Shown here: positions 9,887 through 20,105 of the stretch, piece after piece
How the letters are laid out: every line of letters begins with the position of its first letter
How positions within the stretch are numbered: the stretch's first letter is position 1
Program-made: the position numbers and the translations under genes
Assembly (NCBI GenBank): GCA_965200875.1
Contig: OZ241456.1
Coordinates: 320,001-384,000, forward strand
Direction: 5' to 3'
Source of the DNA: Bdellovibrionales bacterium
GTDB lineage: Bacteria > Bdellovibrionota > Bdellovibrionia > Bdellovibrionales > UBA1609
DNA length: 64,000 nt
Notes under the pieces: generated by a model
The model's input: only the letters and a program-made list of their open reading frames with translations
Told to the model about the DNA's origin: nothing
Database searches by the model: none

Positions 9887-11020
9887 ATGTATGCAAGATC
9901 TTTAAAACCTCCTAATCAATCTTTTTTTCTGTTAGGCCCTCGTGGAGTCGGAAAAAGTACATGGCTCAATCAGCACTTTAAGCAAGCTCAATTTATTAAT
10001 TTGTTGGATGACGCACTTTATCAAAATTATTTGGAGGATATTTCTCTATTTTACGAAACGCTTAAAGTGCTTAAACCTCGTTCATGGGTTGTGGTGGATG
10101 AAATTCAACGTATGCCGACTTTATTAAATGCCGTTCACCGCCTTATAGAAGAAAAAAAACTTCGGTTTGCTTTAACAGGATCCAGTGCCAGAAAATTAAG
10201 AAAATCAGGTGTTAATTTATTGGCCGGGCGCGCTCATCAGTATTTTATGTATCCTTTAACCCCTAAAGAGCTGGCTCAGGATTTTAATTTTAATCAGCTT
10301 CTTTGCTATGGTTCCGTACCTTTGATTCAAGTGCAGAAAAACAAAAAAGCCACTCTTCAGGCTTATTCTCAAATGTATCTTAAAGAGGAAATCAAATCGG
10401 AGGCTTTGGTTAGGAATTTATCGGGGTTTGCCCGATTTCTTCCCGTGTTGGCACTTTATCATGGACAAGTTCTTAATATTTCAGCAGCAGCGCGTGATGC
10501 AGGGGTATCACGAACCACTATTAATGGTTTTTTAGATATTTTGGAGGACACTTTGCTGGTCAATAAACTGCCAGCTTACGAAGCTCGTTTGCGGGTCAGG
10601 GAAAAAAAACACCCTAAAATATATTGGATAGATCCTGGAATCGTTAGGGCGTGTAAAAAACAGACAGGTCCTGTTGTTGCAGAAGAGAAGGGAAGCTTAT
10701 TTGAAGGTTATATGTATATGTGCCTAAAAATGAAAATGGAATATGAAAATGAATATGACGAAATCAATTACTGGTCTTCTGGTGGTTCTGAAAATGTTGA
10801 AGTAGATTTTCTGCTAAGGATGGGGCGTGAGTTTACCGCCATAGAAGTAAAAACCGGAAAAAAAGTTAAGGCAGAAGATTTAAAAGGGCTTAAAGCTCTG
10901 GCAGATTTAAAGGGTGTAAAAAGAAGAATTTTTGTTTATCAAGGGCCTTTCCTTATGGAAAAAGAAGGAATTGAAATTATGCCTTTTCCTGTGTTCTGTA
11001 AAAAGTTTTTAACAGTTTGA
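9887..11020 (+). CDS. AAA_14 ATPase with DUF4143-type C-terminal nuclease-like domain
   Basis: GPRGVGKST, VVVDEIQ, LTGSSAR and EVDF...AIEVK motifs. Confidence 0.85.
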   Translation: MYARSLKPPNQSFFLLGPRGVGKSTWLNQHFKQAQFINLLDDALYQNYLEDISLFYETLKVLKPRSWVVVDEIQRMPTLLNAVHRLIEEKKLRFALTGSSARKLRKSGVNLLAGRAHQYFMYPLTPKELAQDFNFNQLLCYGSVPLIQVQKNKKATLQAYSQMYLKEEIKSEALVRNLSGFARFLPVLALYHGQVLNISAAARDAGVSRTTINGFLDILEDTLLVNKLPAYEARLRVREKKHPKIYWIDPGIVRACKKQTGPVVAEEKGSLFEGYMYMCLKMKMEYENEYDEINYWSSGGSENVEVDFLLRMGREFTAIEVKTGKKVKAEDLKGLKALADLKGVKRRIFVYQGPFLMEKEGIEIMPFPVFCKKFLTV

Positions 11021-11117
11021 TATACCTTTAGACTCTCTGGTCTCCATAAATTTACTGAACTTCACAAACACTATCTTTAAATCATCGCTTGGATTTTCAT
11101 TTTTCTTTTTGACTATT

Positions 11118-11262
11118 TAGTACCCCGTGATAAAGTATGTTTTCTTAAGGAAAAAGAATGAAACATCTCCCTAAAACTCAACAAGATTCCCATTTTCACG
11201 GGACTGAAAAGCCAACAACTTTGCTTTTCAGCTGTATAAAAAAGGTTTTTTACGGGCCAGTA
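11118..11262. mobile_element. MITE-like dispersed element, same family as 7741-7889
   Basis: Ends TAGTACCCCGTGATAAA and TTTTTTACGGGCCAGTA; shares TTTTCACGGGACTGAAA(A)GCCAACAACTT with 7783-7810. Confidence 0.6.
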
Positions 11263-11314
11263 TTTATCCCAGCTTGGCTTAAAATTCTCGGCATTATTAG
11301 TGAAGGAGGAAAAA

Positions 11315-11737
11315 ATGATAGAGGAAACCCCACGAAGATTGATTGTTCTGGAAGATAATTATTATTACACCCGGACACACGAATGGATTTCATTGGATGA
11401 TAAAAATACAGTCACTATTGGTATTACTTATTATGCCCAGGATCGTTTGGGGGAAATTGTAAGTTGGAGATTGCCAAGAAAAGGCCAAAGTTTTGAGAAA
11501 AAACAGGTTTTTGGTTTGGTGGAGAGCAATAAACATGTCAGTGATTTGTATATGCCTATTTCTGGCGAAGTAGTGGAAATAAATGGCAGTTTGACCCCCG
11601 GATTGATTAGTGATGATCCTATGAGAGATGGTTGGTTAGTGCGCTTAGAGATGAGTCGGGAGGGAGATCTGGTGGATTTATTGGATCCTGCCGCTTACAG
11701 AAAAATAATAGAAGAAGAGATTAAAAGTCTTGAATAG
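11315..11737 (+). CDS. gcvH: Glycine cleavage system H protein (lipoyl carrier)
   Basis: YTRTHEW, IGITYYAQDRLG and VESNK (lipoyl Lys); GGAGG RBS. Confidence 0.88.
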   Translation: MIEETPRRLIVLEDNYYYTRTHEWISLDDKNTVTIGITYYAQDRLGEIVSWRLPRKGQSFEKKQVFGLVESNKHVSDLYMPISGEVVEINGSLTPGLISDDPMRDGWLVRLEMSREGDLVDLLDPAAYRKIIEEEIKSLE

Positions 11738-11770
11738 CGTTTAAGCCGTTTTTTTCGAATTTATCAAAAA

Positions 11771-11856
11771 GCCCGGCTGGCGGAATTGGCAGACGCGCAT
11801 GACTTAGGATCATGTCTCTTTGCGAGGTGGGGGTTCAAGTCCCTCGCCGGGCACCA
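11771..11856 (+). tRNA. tRNA-Leu(TAG)
   Basis: GCCCGGC acceptor stem, D-loop TGGCAGAC, anticodon loop CTTAGGA, long variable arm, GGTTCAAGTCC, encoded CCA. Confidence 0.95.
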
Positions 11857-11929
11857 GAATTGGAGTGAGAATCTCTAAAAATTATTGACAACACTCCTAA
11901 TTCCTTGCGTCAATAAGAAAGGAATACAA

Positions 11930-12655
11930 ATGAAGAAAAAGTTATCAATAAATGATTTGCAATCCATAATGGAAAGTGCGTTTTTGGCCTTGGGTCGTCC
12001 TTTGTCTTCCCAGGATTTATTAAAATTATTTCATCTGGAAAAAATTCCTTTATCAGAAATTAAGTCATCATTGGCTTGTTTGAAAGAAAAATATCAGGCT
12101 GATAATTCTTGTGGGCTGGAATTAAAAGAAACAGCGGGAGCTTATCAGCTGAGAACAAAAGAGGAAAACAGGGATTATATCCGCCGGCTGATTAAGGGAC
12201 GTTTGTTTCAGTTATCTGCCCCGGCTTTGGAAGTGTTGGTGATTGTGGCTTATCGTCAGCCCTGTAAAAAAGTGACAATAGATGGAATACGTGGCGTGGA
12301 ATCAGGACATTTGCTTAAAACACTTATGGAAAAAAACTTGGTTTGTTTCGGACCAAAGAGTGCAGATCCAGGAAAGTATATAACCTATAAAACCACTCCC
12401 CGATTTTTAGAGGTATTTGGTTTGAAAAGTTTGAAAGATCTGCCATCATCCAAGGATATTCGGGAGCTTTTAGCAGATGAAAATCAATCTGAGGAGGAAA
12501 CAAAGGACTTAAAAAACCTTCTTGGTCGTTTTAAAAATTCTGGAAAATCTTTTTCAGAACAGAAAAAAATTCTGGATGAACTGGAATGGGTGTCTGAAGA
12601 AATCAGCTCCATAAAACCCAAAAAACAAGCAGTTTTCAGTCCTGATCAACCCTGA
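11930..12655 (+). CDS. scpB: SMC-Scp complex subunit ScpB
   Basis: LSAPALEVLVIVAYRQP, IRGVES and YKTTPRFLEVFGLKSLKDLP motifs. Confidence 0.92.
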   Translation: MKKKLSINDLQSIMESAFLALGRPLSSQDLLKLFHLEKIPLSEIKSSLACLKEKYQADNSCGLELKETAGAYQLRTKEENRDYIRRLIKGRLFQLSAPALEVLVIVAYRQPCKKVTIDGIRGVESGHLLKTLMEKNLVCFGPKSADPGKYITYKTTPRFLEVFGLKSLKDLPSSKDIRELLADENQSEEETKDLKNLLGRFKNSGKSFSEQKKILDELEWVSEEISSIKPKKQAVFSPDQP

Positions 12656-12678
12656 TCAGCATGTTGAACTTGTAAATT

Positions 12679-13413
12679 ATGTCAGGTGTGAAAAAAATAA
12701 TGGGAAAGAAAATTAAAACTTCGGCGGTTTTTAAAGGCCAAATCAAGAATAAAAAACTTCGTGGAGTTTTAAAGCTGTTGCTGTCTTTGTTTATTTTGTA
12801 TCATCTAACGATGACATTTGTTACACCTCACTATATGTCCATAGTCCATGAAAAAATGATGCCCTATTTTAAAACTTATGCTCATACCTTGTCTTTTACC
12901 ACCAGCTGGGATTTTTACGCTCCCAACCCGAGTTATTATAATTACTTTGAATATGAGGTCGTTCACTCGAAGAACAAAGTGGAGACTTTTCGTTGGCCTC
13001 TTTCTCGAAAGGAATCCAAACAGATATATTTGAATCACAATCGTCTGATTTATCATTCCCGTTTTTTTATGGTCTTAGGGAAGAGGTATATCATAAAACA
13101 TTTTATACCTTACCTTTGTAGTCTTCATCCTTTGGCTAATGAGATTACTGTAAAAGTTATGGTGGAAAACAGACCGCACTTTAAAAAAGCAAAAGTTTTG
13201 GATCCCAATACTTTTTCATCTGATAACAAGAAAAATATGCGTAAATGGTTTTCTGCCTCTTCCCGGTGCAGGAAACAGGTAAAATCCAGAAATATAAACA
13301 CTGCCGATGATGATTTTTTGTTAAATGAGGAAAACGCGAATGAAGATAATACAGAAAATGATACAACCGATAATGAAAATTTCCAAAAATGGGAACAGGG
13401 TATGGATGAGTAA
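12679..13413 (+). CDS. DUF5819/SdpA-like membrane-anchored protein
   Basis: One TM segment, WDFYAPNP motif, directly upstream of an HTTM gene. Confidence 0.55.
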   Translation: MSGVKKIMGKKIKTSAVFKGQIKNKKLRGVLKLLLSLFILYHLTMTFVTPHYMSIVHEKMMPYFKTYAHTLSFTTSWDFYAPNPSYYNYFEYEVVHSKNKVETFRWPLSRKESKQIYLNHNRLIYHSRFFMVLGKRYIIKHFIPYLCSLHPLANEITVKVMVENRPHFKKAKVLDPNTFSSDNKKNMRKWFSASSRCRKQVKSRNINTADDDFLLNEENANEDNTENDTTDNENFQKWEQGMDE

Positions 13414-14343
13414 ATGCAATGGATAAAAAATAAAATTTTTTTGGGCCTTGGAAAATGGGATGTTTTTTGGTTTAAACCTGTTGATACGATTTCTTTATCC
13501 TGTTTTCGATTTTGTTTTTGCTCCACTTTGCTGGTTATGTATTTAATCCGCTTTTTTGATATACGATTGTTTTTTTATGAAAATGGCTTAATGAGTGGTG
13601 CTGACGCCAAAGCCTTATACAAAATGTATGCGAAAACCGCTTTTAATTTAATACCTTCGGTGGACGCTCTGATATATGTGCTTTATCTGTGTTTTATTAC
13701 AGCTTTATTGCTCATGGCTTTGGGTATTTACAATCGCTTGATCGCTCTTATTACTTTTGTTTTGCATATTATTTTTTTACAAAGAAATCCAAGTATTATA
13801 TTTGGTGCTGATGTGATAGCCACTTTTTGGCTGTTTTATTTGATATTTGCCAATGCCAACAAACAAGTGAGGTGGGTGCATTACTTTTTAAACAAGCGAA
13901 AAGGTTTAATTTCTGAACGGGCGGAAAAAGGAGATTGGTTAAACACTATTTCTCTGCGTTTTGTACAAATTCAATTATGTGTTATTTATATGTTTTCCGG
14001 TTTGGAGAAACTAAAAGGTTTTTCTTGGTGGGAGGGGACAGCAATATGGGAAGCTCTTTCGTTTTATGATTTCACTTTGATAGATTTTTCTTTTCTTCTT
14101 TCCCTGCCTCTGTTGGCCGGGGTGATAACTGCTTTTACTGTATTATTTGAAATTTACTTTCCAGTATTGGTATGGACAAAACTCAAAAAGATTCTTTTGA
14201 TTCTGGGTTTGTGTTTTCATACAGGTATTGCTATTTGTTTGAATATTTACTTTTTCTCTCTCATTATGTTGTCTGCGTACATTGTTTTTATTCCTCCAGA
14301 AACCCTAAGGAGATTTTTTGTCAAGCTGAAACTTGCAAAATAA
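13414..14343 (+). CDS. HTTM-domain membrane protein (SdpB / gamma-carboxylase-like family)
   Basis: Multi-TM; RNPSIIFGAD, QIQLCVIYMFSGLEKL..W.EG and FHTGIA motifs. Confidence 0.8.
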   Translation: MQWIKNKIFLGLGKWDVFWFKPVDTISLSCFRFCFCSTLLVMYLIRFFDIRLFFYENGLMSGADAKALYKMYAKTAFNLIPSVDALIYVLYLCFITALLLMALGIYNRLIALITFVLHIIFLQRNPSIIFGADVIATFWLFYLIFANANKQVRWVHYFLNKRKGLISERAEKGDWLNTISLRFVQIQLCVIYMFSGLEKLKGFSWWEGTAIWEALSFYDFTLIDFSFLLSLPLLAGVITAFTVLFEIYFPVLVWTKLKKILLILGLCFHTGIAICLNIYFFSLIMLSAYIVFIPPETLRRFFVKLKLAK

Positions 14344-14475
14344 AAAGCTGATTGGCAGTCTCAGAAAAACCTCTGGCTAGTAATCCATGAAAAAATTTGT
14401 TATTTCCCTGGATTTCCGTCTTCGTGGAGATGGCCTCCCTTGGGAAAATATATGAAAAAAAGTATAACCCATTCG

Positions 14476-15384
14476 TCAGGAAAGAAGAGCGAAGGCAATC
14501 ACTTTGTTGTTATAGGGATCAGATGTAATCACTCCTGTATGGGTTTGTTTTCTTTTAAGAATACAGTCGTTAGAGCTAGGGTCGGTTTTTAATTCCTTCA
14601 GCTTAAAGCAACATACATAACCTTTTCCACTTGGAGAGTTTTCGTTTCCAGCTGAAAGGTCCTTGTATGAAGGCGGGTACTTTGGATGTTTAGCGATTGA
14701 TGAACCTATGTGGTTTGTTTGTGTTACTTTAAATTTATAATCATATATTTCGAGTGCATATTTTTGATGGGTTGTTTTTTTTAGGAGGGAAACAAAGGTT
14801 TTTAAGTATTCTTCTCTTTTCTGATACGGTAGTAGCCTCCAATGAAAAACAAATATTTGTTTGATGGAAATTTTCGGAGTATTAGGATATTGGCTAAAGC
14901 TTTTATAGGCAGATTCTTTTGCAGACCATAAAGCGGAAGAAGAGGGAGCGTGGTTTAATTCCTCTTTATGGGAAATACGTAAGACTGTTTTTTCACTAGC
15001 TCTTCCCCATTGTTCCAGATCAAAACCTATGCTTTGCCGGAAAGGAGCAATAATAAAACCTCCCATAAAAGTCGAGTGAGAAAGAGATATGGAGGCAAAA
15101 GAAGTTTTTGGAGGAATACCGGGCTTTAGCAATATTTTTTTTTGTTCCTGGGAAAATATACCTTTTTGATCTGAAGCTCCGAGAATGGTTGATTTCAGAT
15201 TTGCCGGAGTTTTTTTCAGTAGTGCTGGATTTCGCTTTTCCAGCTCGTGGAGTAAAAACCGGCGTAGTTTTTTTCTTTGTTCCATTGGAGAGTTTTTTTT
15301 GTCAAAAGTCATTAAGTGGCATGTTAACTTGCAACCAAGCCTCTGGCTGTTTTTCTCCACTATGTGTTCAAGATTTTTCAACAT
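14476..15384 (-). CDS. 4'-phosphopantetheinyl transferase superfamily protein
   Basis: SISLSHS, IGFDLE and WSAKESAYK motifs. Confidence 0.75.
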   Translation of the reverse strand: MLKNLEHIVEKNSQRLGCKLTCHLMTFDKKNSPMEQRKKLRRFLLHELEKRNPALLKKTPANLKSTILGASDQKGIFSQEQKKILLKPGIPPKTSFASISLSHSTFMGGFIIAPFRQSIGFDLEQWGRASEKTVLRISHKEELNHAPSSSALWSAKESAYKSFSQYPNTPKISIKQIFVFHWRLLPYQKREEYLKTFVSLLKKTTHQKYALEIYDYKFKVTQTNHIGSSIAKHPKYPPSYKDLSAGNENSPSGKGYVCCFKLKELKTDPSSNDCILKRKQTHTGVITSDPYNNKVIAFALLS

Positions 15385-15392
15385 AAACTATC

Positions 15393-16190
15393 TTACCAAG
15401 GTTGGTAACTTCCTTTTTTTAAAGTCCATATTGCTGCAATATGAAATAGCAGTAACCCCAATAAGGAGATCCAAAAGGCCACATTAATAGGCACATCTGA
15501 AAGCCCCAGCACTCCATAACGTACTCCGTTTATAAAATAAAGCAGTGGGTTAAAGTAAGACACTTTAATCCAAAAAGGGCTTAAGTTTTCCAGAGAAAAA
15601 AACACTCCCCCAAGGGAAATCAAAGGCAAAATAATAAACCCGCCGATAGCACTTACATGGTCAAAGCTTTTAGCCCAAAACGCCACTGCGATTCCAAGCT
15701 TGGTAAAAGCCAGTCCTCCAATGACACAAAAAAGCACAAAGTAAAAAGGATGAGCAGGGACCAACCAAGCACTTTCGTGGAAATAGTAAAAAAGCTCTCC
15801 CGAAAGCAAAACAACCAATCCCACAACCAATCCCCGGAATAACCCTCCTAGGGACATGGCCCATATAATTTGCTGGATTGTCAGCGGGGAAGCTTTAATA
15901 TCCACGATTTCCCCGGTAAATTTCATACCTAATAAAGAGCTGGAACCATTTTGATAGCTGTTGTTCATACATCCCATCATCACCAATCCGGGTATTAAAA
16001 ACTCCAAATAAGATAACTCCTCTAACACCTGAATATTTTTTCCAAGGCTGACTCCAAAAATAAGCAGGTAAATGAAAGAATTAATGGCAGGAATAAAAAT
16101 AGTTTGAGCGAGTACTTTGATGAATCTTTGCACTTCCCGGTAAAGCAATATGAAAAAAGGTGTCCATACCAGATCTTGTTTTTTATTCAT
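15393..16190 (-). CDS. ABC-2 type transporter permease (YadH-like)
   Basis: Six-TM pattern; YLEFLIPGL and LGGVFFS...NPLLYFINGVRYG motifs. Confidence 0.88.
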   Translation of the reverse strand: MNKKQDLVWTPFFILLYREVQRFIKVLAQTIFIPAINSFIYLLIFGVSLGKNIQVLEELSYLEFLIPGLVMMGCMNNSYQNGSSSLLGMKFTGEIVDIKASPLTIQQIIWAMSLGGLFRGLVVGLVVLLSGELFYYFHESAWLVPAHPFYFVLFCVIGGLAFTKLGIAVAFWAKSFDHVSAIGGFIILPLISLGGVFFSLENLSPFWIKVSYFNPLLYFINGVRYGVLGLSDVPINVAFWISLLGLLLFHIAAIWTLKKGSYQPW

Positions 16191-16195
16191 ATTTT

Positions 16196-17104
16196 TTAAA
16201 TATCTCCTTTGTTTAGCACATATTTAAAAGCTTCTTCCAAAGTGCCTTCCCGGATTTTCATATCCAATATGTTATGGCTTTGAAAATTTACTTCAGAAAA
16301 AAATTGTCCAATTTCTAGGGAATAGGGTACACGAAATTCCAAAATATTATCGTGGCTTTTTACAAGAGTGGGATGCACGCACTTCATCTTGTTTTTCAGG
16401 GTGATTGTTAGATGACGGGAGGTAAGTTTTTGGACCAGTTTTTTTGTGTTTCCCTGTTTTTGGATCTGTCCTTTATGGATAATGGCCACTCGATCACAAA
16501 GTTGTTCCGCTTCTTCCAGATAGTGTGTGGTGAATAAAATGGCCACTCCAGTTTTTTTTAATTGTAACACCTGCTCCCAAATGGAGTATCTTAATTCCAC
16601 ATCCACACCGGCTGTAGGTTCATCCAGCAAGAGTAATTTTGGGGAATGCCCCAGAGCTTTGGCGATCATTAATCGACGCTTCATTCCTCCGCTGAGTTGA
16701 CGAACTTTTTTATGTCTGTGTTCCCATAGTTCCAGCTGTTTCATTAATTCCGGGATTTTTTTGTTGTGGGAAAAACCATAGTAACCAGAATGAAAATTTA
16801 ACACCTCAGACACATTAAAGTATCCGTGGGTAATAATCTCCTGTGGCACCACACCTGTTATGGATTTAACAGCTCTTTCGTTTTGTATAATATTCATATC
16901 ATTTATGGTGATTTTGCCTTTAGTGGATTTTTCCAAAGTGGTGATCATGGAGATGATGGAAGTTTTACCAGCTCCATTTGGGCCAAGAAGACCAAACACC
17001 TCTCCTGAGTGCACTTCAAAAGACACCTGATTGACAGCACAAAAATCGCCATAGTTTTTTACCAAGTTTTCAATTTTTAAAACAGCCATAATTTTTTGCT
17101 CCAA
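16196..17104 (-). CDS. ABC transporter ATP-binding protein (YadG-like)
   Basis: GPNGAGKT, LSGGMKRR, LLLDEPT and THYLEEAE motifs. Confidence 0.92.
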   Translation of the reverse strand: MEQKIMAVLKIENLVKNYGDFCAVNQVSFEVHSGEVFGLLGPNGAGKTSIISMITTLEKSTKGKITINDMNIIQNERAVKSITGVVPQEIITHGYFNVSEVLNFHSGYYGFSHNKKIPELMKQLELWEHRHKKVRQLSGGMKRRLMIAKALGHSPKLLLLDEPTAGVDVELRYSIWEQVLQLKKTGVAILFTTHYLEEAEQLCDRVAIIHKGQIQKQGNTKKLVQKLTSRHLTITLKNKMKCVHPTLVKSHDNILEFRVPYSLEIGQFFSEVNFQSHNILDMKIREGTLEEAFKYVLNKGDI

Positions 17105-17186
17105 TCTTACTTTATCTCTGGCTTTCTGGGAAGGAAATGGTTGTTTACGCTAGTCCACCGCACGCGCAATTTTTTTTAAATAAGTC

Positions 17187-17213
17187 TAAAGTCCACAAAA
17201 AACGGACCGATAA
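17187..17213 (+). promoter_or_regulatory. sigma28 (FliA)-type promoter
   Basis: TAAA-N15-ACCGATAA. Confidence 0.65.
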
Positions 17214-17344
17214 GCTAATTAATCGCTTTTTATGGCACTTTTGAGGAAAAAGAAGGGTAAAATGGACGACAATAAAGAATCCACAAACAGTTAGTCGACT
17301 TAAAAAATAAAAAAACAACATAGGGAATCATATAAGAAGCTATA

Positions 17345-18268
17345 ATGTTTGAAAATGATAAAAATAACCCCGCTTTATATCAAATAGTGAGTTTTTATCG
17401 TTTTGTTTCTTTTCCAAAGCCCGTTTTAAAACAAATGAAGGAAACTCTGATAAAAACCGGTGCGGAAAAAAACATTGTGGGCTTGATTCTCCTAAGTGTG
17501 GAAGGTATCAATGCCACCATTTCAGGAAATAAAGACAATGTAAATGACTATTTGCGGACAGTGGAACAGATTACGGGTATCGATAACTTTTTTTATAAAA
17601 AATCTCCATCTCCCATTCCAGCTTTTAAAAAGTTAAGGGTAAAAGCGAAACAGCAGATTATTTCTTTTAGGAAGTCGCAAAGCGTCACAGCGGATTTTGG
17701 ATTTCATAATTTGGAACCCGATGAATGGGAGTCCTTGTTAAATGAAGAACAAGTGACTGTTTTAGATATTAGAAATGATTATGAAATAGAAGTGGGTCAA
17801 TTTAAAAGATCGAGAAATCTAAAGTTAAAAGAATTTAGTGAATTTTCTGAAAAACTCAAATCCTCCACTTTGCCTAAAGCACAAAAGACATTGCTCTATT
17901 GCACAGGAGGCATTCGGTGTGAGAAAGCCATACTGGAAATGAAGAAACAGGGTTTTAAAGAACTGTATCAACTTAAAGGGGGTATTTTAAATTATTTAAA
18001 AACATTTCCAAACAGGAGTTTTGAAGGGGAATGTTTTGTTTTCGATCATCGTGTCGCAGTGGATCAAAACTTAAAAGCCTCCAGTAAATATGCCCTTTGC
18101 CCTCATTGTGGCCAAGCGGGAGGAAAGACTATTGATTGTCTGCACTGTGGAAAAAAATTTAAAATCTGTAAGCACTGCTTAAAAAAACAAATTAAATATT
18201 TAATGACTTGCACAAAAAACTGCTCGCATCATTTTCGTATGGGACATAAATGCAAAAAAGTTTTTTAA
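17345..18268 (+). CDS. trhO: Rhodanese-domain tRNA uridine(34) hydroxylase TrhO (YceA family)
   Basis: EGINATIS, LDIRNDYE, YCTGGIRCEKA, LKGGILNY and CFVFDHR motifs. Confidence 0.88.
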   Translation: MFENDKNNPALYQIVSFYRFVSFPKPVLKQMKETLIKTGAEKNIVGLILLSVEGINATISGNKDNVNDYLRTVEQITGIDNFFYKKSPSPIPAFKKLRVKAKQQIISFRKSQSVTADFGFHNLEPDEWESLLNEEQVTVLDIRNDYEIEVGQFKRSRNLKLKEFSEFSEKLKSSTLPKAQKTLLYCTGGIRCEKAILEMKKQGFKELYQLKGGILNYLKTFPNRSFEGECFVFDHRVAVDQNLKASSKYALCPHCGQAGGKTIDCLHCGKKFKICKHCLKKQIKYLMTCTKNCSHHFRMGHKCKKVF

Positions 18269-18316
18269 AGGAAAAACAGTTGCATAAACTTTGCTTTAAG
18301 TCTTAGACTAAAAAAT

Positions 18317-19240
18317 ATGTGGTTTGGAATATTAGCTTTTGTTTTTTGTTTTTCTTATTTTGCAGAAGGTGCGGATTGGTTTTCCGGGAAGAATATGACC
18401 TTGGAAGAGAAAATAAAATTGACAGAGCGTATAAGAATACAAACAGTGAAACAAAAAAACTCTTCAGCCCAAAAACATAAATATATGCGGAGCAATAATA
18501 AAAAATCATCTGTTCACTCTCCTTCTCGTTTATATGTTTCGAAAAAAGATCGTCATAATGTCAGAATGATTTTAGCTCTTCCTTTGGAAAACAGAAAACA
18601 GGCTTTATGGAATTACGGAGCACGGGGTTTTCTGGCTTTAAAGTATTTGGTGTTTTCAAAAAAAGAGCAAATGTCTGTTCGTTGGAAGGCTTTAACCAGT
18701 TTGGCGCGTTTATACCCGGAAGAGGCCCTCCCTATTTCCAGAAAGGCTCTTCGTAGTTCTGTTTGGTTCTTAAGGAATGCTGGTTTAATAGCCATAGAGA
18801 TCATAGATGTAAAAGAGAGTATTCAGAGGGCGGGGGATTTGTTGAACGATCCTTCTTTAATTGTCAGAACAGCCGCTGTTGATGTCCTTAAAAGAAATAA
18901 AGCCAGCCAGTATAAAATTCAGCTGATGGAAAAGTTAAATGCCCCTGATAGCTTTTACAAAAACAAGAGCCTTTGGATTCGTCACCATATTGTGTCTGCT
19001 CTGGCCAGTTTTTGTGAACCCGGGGAGGAAAGAATGTTTATTGCTTTTCTTAAGGATCCGGATGAAAGATTGCATGCTTATGCTATTTCCGCTTTGGAAA
19101 CATTAACAGGAAAGACATTTCGCACCACTGGCGACAAACGGAAAGTGGCTGAAAAAACACAAAAAAATAAATGGATAAGTTGGTGGACAGAAGGTCGTTA
19201 TAACTCCAAAACCCACTCTGAAATTTCCATAAAGCTCTAG
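18317..19240 (+). CDS. Secreted HEAT-repeat protein
   Basis: Signal peptide; repeated L.D....VR.AA helical units. Confidence 0.7.
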   Translation: MWFGILAFVFCFSYFAEGADWFSGKNMTLEEKIKLTERIRIQTVKQKNSSAQKHKYMRSNNKKSSVHSPSRLYVSKKDRHNVRMILALPLENRKQALWNYGARGFLALKYLVFSKKEQMSVRWKALTSLARLYPEEALPISRKALRSSVWFLRNAGLIAIEIIDVKESIQRAGDLLNDPSLIVRTAAVDVLKRNKASQYKIQLMEKLNAPDSFYKNKSLWIRHHIVSALASFCEPGEERMFIAFLKDPDERLHAYAISALETLTGKTFRTTGDKRKVAEKTQKNKWISWWTEGRYNSKTHSEISIKL

Positions 19241-19253
19241 TTTTTTTCATTTT

Positions 19254-19852
19254 TTACATATCAATATTCGGTACGCCACCATAAGCTCCGGCCAAATATT
19301 TTTTAAAAATATTTTCATCATTTCTTATTCCTGGAAATTCATCTAATCTGTATACTTCACTTTCGCATTCCTGGTTTTTTTGAACTAAAAATATCTGATA
19401 TTTAGAGAGCACGCTCATTAAAATCGGCGTATGTGTAGCACAAATGAGTTGAGCACCTTTTGGATTGGTTTCTTCGGAAGTAAATAAATTAACCAAGGTT
19501 GGCAATATATTGGGATGTAAGTTGCGCTCTATTTCATCGATTAAAAACACAGAGCCTTTTTTTAAAGTTGGAAATATAAAACTTAGCAGATTGTATAAGT
19601 GTTGAGTCCCTCCTGATTCAAGAGGTAAAGGAAGCTTGAATGTTTTATCTTTACTTTTATGTATTCCATACGGGAAAAAATGTTTCTGTTTATTCCCTCT
19701 GAAAAAACAGATGACACCTTGGAGAATCGATCACCTTCATTACACAAACCAAAATGACTGGTTTTAGGGGCATTTTCATTGACCAAAAAATTCATTTTCA
19801 CCTCTTCTTTAAAAGAGTAAAAATTTTTGAGTCCAATAGAGATGATTGTCAT
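19254..19852 (-). pseudogene. Internally deleted, frame-disrupted AAA_21 (RloA/AbiEii-like) ABC-type ATPase
   Basis: N-terminal KNFYSFKE stops before the Walker A motif; another frame carries ESGGTQ, VFLIDEIE, NLHP, QLICATH and YLAGAYGGVP. Confidence 0.75.
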
Positions 19853-20105
19853 TTGAAACTCCTTTTTGCAAAACACTATAAAACTGGTTTATTTTAGATT
19901 ATTTTAACGAAAAATCTTATATTATTTATATAAATAATATATAAGCTATAATATAATCTTAATTTCAACAAAAAATCGTTAAAAGTCAACTTTTTATTGT
20001 TGATTTTTTTCCCTTAAAGGGGATTTCTCCTGTTTAATTCAGTTTTTGGGTCATAGGTAAAGGGATAATAGGGGAAAAATAAAGCTTTTTTATTGCTTTT
20101 TTATG

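Noticed and set aside
11158..11358. 66-aa ORF
   Set aside because: Lies largely within the MITE-like element and overlaps gcvH; probably spurious.
14476..17104. PPTase plus ABC exporter as a biosynthetic gene cluster
   Set aside because: No NRPS/PKS or carrier-protein gene nearby; the ABC pair looks like a generic YadGH-type transporter.
17232..17250. sigma54 promoter (TGGCAC)
   Set aside because: No TTGC -12 element at the required spacing.
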